DNA of 64,000 nucleotides from Endomicrobiales bacterium. Lineage in GTDB: Bacteria; Elusimicrobiota; Endomicrobiia; Endomicrobiales; CAWCFT01. Both the position numbers and the translations under genes were made by a program. The stretch spans positions 32,001 to 96,000 of the forward strand of contig CAWCFT010000009.1 of assembly GCA_963794945.1 (NCBI GenBank). The letters run 5' to 3'. This document shows, piece by piece, positions 58,891 through 64,000 of the stretch; position 1 is the first letter of the stretch; each line of letters starts with the position of its first letter. A model generated the notes under the pieces. The model saw nothing but the letters and a program-made list of their open reading frames with translations, had not been told where the DNA came from and did not search any database.

Positions 58891-59178
58891 CTACTGCGCT
58901 ATCGGCGCAACAGTAACAATTTGACCGTCGCTACACGCATTCCTGCTAGGGCCAACAGCGCTGATACCTAGGCTACAATCATACAAAGCAGTGTTACCGT
59001 ACGTACAATCTGACGCATTGCCGCTACCACTAATACAACCGAGACCAGCAACACAAGATGCCGCATCGCCAATACCAGTGGAACAATTGGCAGCTACAAT
59101 CATTGCTTCATTCCCAAAGGAGATTTTTTCAGGTTTTATCCATTTTATTTGTTTTTGTTTCCTAACGTTTTTATTCAT
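58891..59178 (-). CDS. RiPP precursor P3 (6 x CxxG)
   Basis: MNKNVRKQKQIKWIKPEKISFGNEAMIVAA-NCSTG..CVAG..CISG..CTYG..CSLG..CSDG.. Confidence 0.85.
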   Translation of the reverse strand: MNKNVRKQKQIKWIKPEKISFGNEAMIVAANCSTGIGDAASCVAGLGCISGSGNASDCTYGNTALYDCSLGISAVGPSRNACSDGQIVTVAPIAQ

Positions 59179-59376
59179 TCTTTATCCAATTACTAGATTA
59201 TTGAAAACCCCAACAAGGCTCAACTTGATCATCCGGACTTCATCTACATTCACTCGCCCTCTTTCTATATTTGTTTCAATTAAATCAAGACAGGGCCCAA
59301 TTTACCTGTCATGCAATCGTAATTATTCTAGGGTTAGAATAAACATCACCACTTAAGCTGAAGAAAGATTATAAAG

Positions 59377-59613
59377 CTACCTCAACATGGGGTTGCCGCC
59401 TCCAGTACAATCGCTAGAAGGGTACGAACCGCCTGAACAGTGCAAGCCTTGGTTACCTGGGGTACACGAAAAAGCGCCTCCACCACTACTGCATTGGTTA
59501 GCATCACTGCCGCCGGAAGTACAATTAGCAGATGAAATAATTGAGTCATTACCGAATACTATCTTTTCAGGTTTTATCCATTTCGTTTTACTTTGCATCT
59601 TTCTGTTTTCCAT
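59377..59613 (-). CDS. RiPP precursor P4 (5 x CxxG)
   Basis: MENRKMQSKTKWIKPEKIVFGNDSIISSA-NCTSG..CSSG..CTPG..CSGG..CTGG.NPMLR; AAGGAG RBS. Confidence 0.85.
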   Translation of the reverse strand: MENRKMQSKTKWIKPEKIVFGNDSIISSANCTSGGSDANQCSSGGGAFSCTPGNQGLHCSGGSYPSSDCTGGGNPMLR

Positions 59614-59630
59614 TATTTCTCCTTCAATAG

Positions 59631-59690
59631 CTTACGCCATTAGTAAACTGTTGTGCCCTGACAAAATTGCCGGAAGTTTTCTATATCTGT
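59631..59690. repeat. 60-bp spacer repeat, copy B (between P5 and P4)
   Basis: 49/60 identical to 58560-58619. Confidence 0.8.
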
Positions 59691-59695
59691 TAAAT

Positions 59696-59899
59696 TTATT
59701 CTGCAGCACCGACGCCCGGAGTGCAAGGACTTCCAGTATCGTCGGAACCACCGTTACAAAGAAGAACAGCACGATTGCCAGGGCCACACTGATGGCCGAT
59801 ATCGTATCCAGCTGCTGTAAACTCGTGGCCCAAATTGTTCCCGAATACTATCTTTTCAGGTTTTATCCATTTTATCTTACTTTGATCTTTTTTTGTCAT
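59696..59899 (-). CDS. RiPP precursor P5 (3 x CxxG)
   Basis: MTKKDQSKIKWIKPEKIVFGNNLGHEFTAAG-YDIGHQCGPGNRAVLLCNGGSDDTGSPCTPGVGAAE; GGAGA RBS before ATG 59899. Confidence 0.85.
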   Translation of the reverse strand: MTKKDQSKIKWIKPEKIVFGNNLGHEFTAAGYDIGHQCGPGNRAVLLCNGGSDDTGSPCTPGVGAAE

Positions 59900-60019
59900 T
59901 TTTCTCCAAGTTGCTTGTGCTTGTTCTGAACACAACCTTTTGCTGTATCTCCTTGGCAAAGCCACATCAGTCATCTGTATGGATACAGCGTACGCAAAAA
60001 GTTCCGCGGATATACGCCG

Positions 60020-60271
60020 CTATAACATTTTTATAGGGCGAATACCTGGGTTGCAAGGGCTGCCATCTCCACCGCCTGTCCAGCAAGCGGTATAATCAGC
60101 GCCATTGCCAGAGCTACACATATTACCAGACGGTTGAGTCGAGCCATCTTGACAACCTGCAGGTATAGTGTATCCAGCTGCATTAAAATTGTCACCCATA
60201 TCGTTCCCAAATGTGATTTTTTCAGGCTTTATCCATTTCATGTTATTTTGATTCTTTCTGTTCTTTGTCAT
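60020..60271 (-). CDS. RiPP precursor P6 (4 x CxxG)
   Basis: MTKNRKNQNNMKWIKPEKITFGNDMGDNFNAAG-YTIPAGCQDG..CSSG..CWTG..CNPGIRPIKML. Confidence 0.85.
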   Translation of the reverse strand: MTKNRKNQNNMKWIKPEKITFGNDMGDNFNAAGYTIPAGCQDGSTQPSGNMCSSGNGADYTACWTGGGDGSPCNPGIRPIKML

Positions 60272-60296
60272 TTTCTTTTCCAATATTATTTATAAT

Positions 60297-61567
60297 CACT
60301 TCTGTCCGGTTAAAAAGCGAACGCCATTGTTAGTTGGCGGTCTGTGTTTTTGATTTTAGGCAGCAATCGATCATTCAAATTAAGTAAGTCAATGAGATTG
60401 AGGCGTTCAAGAAGCGTTTCCTGAATGACTTTGTGCAGGTAGAACAGTGAATATTTATATTTTGACTGATATTTGATGTAAGACAGAAGCAAGTAGTAGC
60501 ACATGGCAATCCAGATCTGCGTAAGCACAGCGTTCTTTGAAGTGCCAAAGAATGTTTTGATTTTAAGGTTCTGCTTGATCCACTTGAAAAAGACTTCAAC
60601 TTGCCAGCGGGCTTTATAGATACCAGCAATAGTAGAAGCGGCAAGCTTGAAGTTGTTGGTAATAAAAACAAGCAGTTTATCGGTTTGCTTGTCATAGTAA
60701 CGGATCAAGCGCAGTTCTTTGGGATAATCCTGCTTCTGATAAAAGCCGTTCAAGGCGATAATTTCATCTGAAATTACGCTGTTTTTTGATGATTCAGGAT
60801 GCTGTCCGGAAACAGTGTAATTGATGTTGTCTTTGGCTCTGGTAACGAAGAAAGCGCCTACTGTGTCTATTGAATTAAACCAGGCAAAGTCTATATAGCC
60901 CTTGTCCATGCAGTAGATGCTGTCCGGCACAATGTCAAAAGAAGAACGGGCAACGGTTATTTCGTGCTTTTTGGCATCTGTGACAACCATGAACGTGGGT
61001 ATCTGCCCGGCATGGTCTAACTGGCAATGCAGTTTTATAGCCCCTTTGGTAGTGCGGAATTTTGCCCATGAAAACATTGACAGGCACAAGTCAATGACTG
61101 TGGCGTCAAAAATGAACAATGGGTTTTTAAACTTGAATTTGTGTGTAGGGGTTATATTCTTACAGCGTTCAAGCAAGGCATAAAACAACCCTTCATATAT
61201 GCGGTAGTCGCGTTTCTGGTTGGCATCGGCAAGAGTAGAACGGCGCACAATGGCAAGGCCGACATGGTAGAGCTTTCCGGCTTGCGCCAGAAAAGCATTA
61301 ACAATATCACGCAAGCTGTCCTTGCCGCTGATTTGGGCATAAAGCATGACTGTTAGTTGTTTCCAGCAATTGAAGGTTTTGACGTATCTGTCCCCGAAAT
61401 GACGAGAAACGAGGTTTTCAAAACGATGTCTCGGAATAAACGTTTGCAATTGGTTCATGATAGTGTTATAATGCATCTTATCAATCCTCCGTCAGTAGAT
61501 TTGTTCCTTTGCAGAAACATTCTACCTGATCGGGGGATTTTATTCAAATTTTAACCGGACAGGTGTG
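60297..61567 (-). mobile_element. IS4-family insertion sequence, 1271 bp, with 9-bp target site duplication
   Basis: Terminal IRs CACTTCTGTCCGGTTAAAA / TTTTAACCGGACAGGTGTG (17/19 match); direct repeat ATTTATAAT at 60288-60296 and 61568-61576. Confidence 0.93.
60310..61476 (-). CDS. IS4-family DDE transposase with DUF4372-type N-terminus
   Basis: SLRDI, RSTLADAN, FDATVIDL, IKLH, DKGY, FVTRAK, YKARWQVEVFFKWIKQNL (YREK signature). Confidence 0.93.
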   Translation of the reverse strand: MHYNTIMNQLQTFIPRHRFENLVSRHFGDRYVKTFNCWKQLTVMLYAQISGKDSLRDIVNAFLAQAGKLYHVGLAIVRRSTLADANQKRDYRIYEGLFYALLERCKNITPTHKFKFKNPLFIFDATVIDLCLSMFSWAKFRTTKGAIKLHCQLDHAGQIPTFMVVTDAKKHEITVARSSFDIVPDSIYCMDKGYIDFAWFNSIDTVGAFFVTRAKDNINYTVSGQHPESSKNSVISDEIIALNGFYQKQDYPKELRLIRYYDKQTDKLLVFITNNFKLAASTIAGIYKARWQVEVFFKWIKQNLKIKTFFGTSKNAVLTQIWIAMCYYLLLSYIKYQSKYKYSLFYLHKVIQETLLERLNLIDLLNLNDRLLPKIKNTDRQLTMAFAF

Positions 61568-61645
61568 ATTTATAATAATTAATAACTGCCTTTGTTCTGA
61601 AGCCCGATCACGGATTTCCGGCAATACAAACACATTATGTGAGGA

Positions 61646-62749
61646 TCAAGTATTATCAATTATTCCATATAACTTTTTCATCGCCGTTTCGAACGTTTTT
61701 TCGCCGAAACGCCTTTTTGCCATATTAAAGGCGTTAAATGACAGCTTGTTCCAAAGCATTTCGTTATTATATACTTTTACTACCTTTTTCGCAAACTCTT
61801 CCGGCTTATCAGCGACTAAAACCTCTCTGCCGTGTTTCGCGCCTATGCCTTCGACACCGATCGAACTCGTCACAACCGGGGTCCTTGAGATCATTGAATC
61901 AACTATCTTCTTCTTTACACCCGCCCCATAACGCATGGGGCATACAAAAACACGGTATTTGCCGAGCTCATCAAAAATATCATCTACGCGCCCATGGGTC
62001 AGTAAACCTCCGCCCATTCTATGAAAATGGTCCGCCCCATTGCCTGCCACATGGAATTTTATGCTGGGGATCTTTTTTTTGATCAAAGGAAATATTTTTC
62101 TCATAAAATATTTTATAGTATCGTCATTGGCCCCTTCATTTCCGTATTGCCCGAAAAACACAAGGCCGGACCTTTCCGCGAACTTTCTCGGAACTGTTCC
62201 CTTTTCAGGAACTTCCGTGGGCGTAGGTATGATCATTATTCTTTTGCCTGGAAGTTCTTTCCTGAATATATCCCTTTCGGGCTTTGATATTGCGATTAGC
62301 GTGTCAGCCAGCTTGAGCCCTTCAAGTTCATTAATTTTACTTTTTCTAAAAAAAGAATCACGGCTTTTTACGCCGTTTATTTGCATTTCTCTTCTTTGCC
62401 TGATGTATGTGATCTCATGAGTGTCAACAATAATGCGGTTAAATAACGGCAGGCAGCTGCGGAAACCGGCTATGCAGTAATATGACCTGAATATCGCTGT
62501 TTTTATTCTGTTTTTTAAAATAAACCTGTTGATGTTTGCAACATGATTCTTATCCAACGGAAAAACAATTTTTACTCCCATATCTATAAGCGCTTTGCCG
62601 CTTAAACCACTATTCCATCGGACGGTGAGCGGCAGCAGAAACACTCTGTACCTTTTTGCCAGGCTTTTACAAAGGCGGTAAACCCTCCAGTCTCCTGCAT
62701 TAGTTTCAAAATGTGGGATATGAGTGACGACAACAAGGATGCTTTTCAA
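61646..62749 (-). CDS. GT-B glycosyltransferase (GT4-like)
   Basis: VDTHE, AIS..E, FFG....N.D, PMRYGAGVKKKIVDSM..RTPVVTSSIGVEG. Confidence 0.85.
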   Translation of the reverse strand: MKSILVVVTHIPHFETNAGDWRVYRLCKSLAKRYRVFLLPLTVRWNSGLSGKALIDMGVKIVFPLDKNHVANINRFILKNRIKTAIFRSYYCIAGFRSCLPLFNRIIVDTHEITYIRQRREMQINGVKSRDSFFRKSKINELEGLKLADTLIAISKPERDIFRKELPGKRIMIIPTPTEVPEKGTVPRKFAERSGLVFFGQYGNEGANDDTIKYFMRKIFPLIKKKIPSIKFHVAGNGADHFHRMGGGLLTHGRVDDIFDELGKYRVFVCPMRYGAGVKKKIVDSMISRTPVVTSSIGVEGIGAKHGREVLVADKPEEFAKKVVKVYNNEMLWNKLSFNAFNMAKRRFGEKTFETAMKKLYGIIDNT

Positions 62750-62782
62750 GTAACGTTCCTTTTGCTTTAGCCTTACTCTTCT

Positions 62783-63670
62783 TTAACTTGCATAATTCCG
62801 CGCCGTCCGCCAGTGGTGGGCCTCTACAACAGAGGCACGGCCTTCTGTTTGCTGTTTTTCATAAATGCTGTAAAATCTTCTCCCTGCTTTTCCCCACTTC
62901 TTTAAGAATTTCTTCTTGGCCGCGCGGCACACCGCGTCTATTCTTCCGTATTTGTGCTTGAATATTCCGGACTTCGTGGCTTTGCTGATAAAATGAAATA
63001 TAAAAACATTCATGGCATTAACCAGTTTGTACCCTGCCTTTTTTGCCCTGAACGAATATTCAAGGTCTTCACCGCTGCATGGATAGAACCTTTCGTCAAA
63101 CAGGCCTATTTTGTCGACAACGCTTCGTTTTATCAGCATGCACATTCCGTGAATATAAAGCGCCTCATCATACTGCCCTTTTCTACTCAGCGATAACATC
63201 ACCGCGGCTTTTTGGATTTCTTTTATATTTCTAAACCCGGCGATAGCTGGAAAAAGGCCATAATCGTTTATGACATTATTGCTCGCGCAGCCAACAATGC
63301 CTGTCTTTTTATCGCTTTCCGCGCAGCTTACCAGGCCCTCAAGCCAGTTAATAGTCACTATTACGTCATTGTTCAGATAACAAACATATTTACCTTCGGA
63401 TATATATATCCCGCGGTTTAACGCCCCGGATACGCCAAGGTTCCGTTTGCTTATTATCGGCTTAAACGCCCGTATCGAGCTCCTGGCTCCAACGGCCAGC
63501 CTGTTTTTAAGGGTTTTGAAATACTTTCCGGTGCCATCGGATGAACCGTTATCAATTACTATCAGTTCAAAAGGGTATGATGTGTATTTAAGTATGCTGT
63601 TAATGCACATCTTTGTGAATTTAAGCTCATTGAAACAAGGTATTATTATCGAGACAATATTTTCTGTCAT
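62783..63670 (-). CDS. GT2 glycosyltransferase
   Basis: SIIIPCFN, IDNGSSDGT, NLG...A.NRG, LNNDV, GMCMLI, IGLFDERF, EDLEYSFR. Confidence 0.92.
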   Translation of the reverse strand: MTENIVSIIIPCFNELKFTKMCINSILKYTSYPFELIVIDNGSSDGTGKYFKTLKNRLAVGARSSIRAFKPIISKRNLGVSGALNRGIYISEGKYVCYLNNDVIVTINWLEGLVSCAESDKKTGIVGCASNNVINDYGLFPAIAGFRNIKEIQKAAVMLSLSRKGQYDEALYIHGMCMLIKRSVVDKIGLFDERFYPCSGEDLEYSFRAKKAGYKLVNAMNVFIFHFISKATKSGIFKHKYGRIDAVCRAAKKKFLKKWGKAGRRFYSIYEKQQTEGRASVVEAHHWRTARNYAS

Positions 63671-63780
63671 ATAGAATTATTGATCTTTTTGCGGCCAGAA
63701 CCAGCTAATATTAGCAACAATAATTATAAAATAATGCGCAAGAGTTTTCCGGAAGAACAGAAAACATCAAACAAAGACGC

Positions 63781-64000
63781 TTAAAGTATTTTAAAAACAA
63801 CCTCGCTTTGCTTTTTTTCCTTAATTCTGACACTTTGCTCATATTGCCCTGTTATTTCATCTATATTTCCAAAACCCAGCTGTTCACCGTGATTTATGTA
63901 AAGCGCCCTTTTACAGTATTTTTTTATACTGCCGATCCCGTGCGAAATGAACAATATCGTGCTGCCACTATTAAGAAGCCTTTCGATCGCGCCGATGCAC
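63781..64000 (-). CDS. C-terminal end of a Wzt/TagH-like polysaccharide ABC transporter ATPase (runs off the window)
   Basis: Manual translation CIGAIERLLNSGSTILFISHGIGSIKKYCKRALYINHGE...KIL*, containing the ABC H-loop. Confidence 0.7.
   Translation of the reverse strand, partial: CIGAIERLLNSGSTILFISHGIGSIKKYCKRALYINHGEQLGFGNIDEITGQYEQSVRIKEKKQSEVVFKIL

Noticed and set aside
58260..59929. Overlapping ORFs 58260..58457(-), 58449..58697(+), 58580..58924(+), 58991..59356(+), 59387..59929(+)
   Set aside because: Alternative-frame or antisense shadows of the precursor genes, with no motifs of their own.
58330..60271. Precursors as metallothioneins, ferredoxins or lasso peptides
   Set aside because: No CxxC/CxC clusters; no lasso cyclase or B2 transglutaminase-like protease in the window; the leader/core layout beside RREs and SPASM enzymes fits an rSAM RiPP better.
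58330..60283. Recurring DNA motif TTTTC(A/G)GG(T/C)TTTATCCATTT as a CRISPR or other non-coding repeat array
   Set aside because: The repeats are the coding sequence of the KWIKPEK leader, vary at synonymous positions, are 270-440 bp apart, and no cas genes are present.

Overview
Bacterial chromosomal window from a diderm organism (two tripartite RND/outer-membrane-factor operons). The lineage cannot be fixed from sequence alone. About 15 otherwise intact genes, including essential pheS, are split by frameshifts, most likely assembly indel errors. The left half holds a polyphosphate module (ppk1, CHAD, HD), a ROK kinase, two divergent RND efflux operons, a Pls/PosA-like single-module NRPS with its own PPTase, a PAS two-component set, an orphan ParB-like gene, katG, tRNA-His and tRNA-Arg. 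The middle holds a radical-SAM-rich operon (B12 rSAM, two SPASM/twitch rSAMs, DUF5989, GT2, HprK-like kinase) downstream of the thrS-infC-rpmI-rplT-pheS-pheT block, plus tRNA-Val. The main result is an AT-rich RiPP-like locus at 51.9-60.3 kb. It has six tandem precursor genes sharing the leader KWIKPEKIxFGN; all 24 Cys in their cores are in C-x-x-G motifs and each core has exactly one Arg. These are followed by two stand-alone PqqD/RRE proteins, two SPASM radical SAM enzymes (ScmE/ScmF-like), a UPF0489 arginase-fold protein (candidate peptide arginase), an S26 peptidase fused to a methyltransferase-like domain, and a third radical SAM. An intact IS4-family element with a 9-bp target duplication sits 25 bp upstream of the first precursor and separates it from glycosyltransferase and Wzt-like genes. 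All family assignments come from motif recognition; no database search was run.
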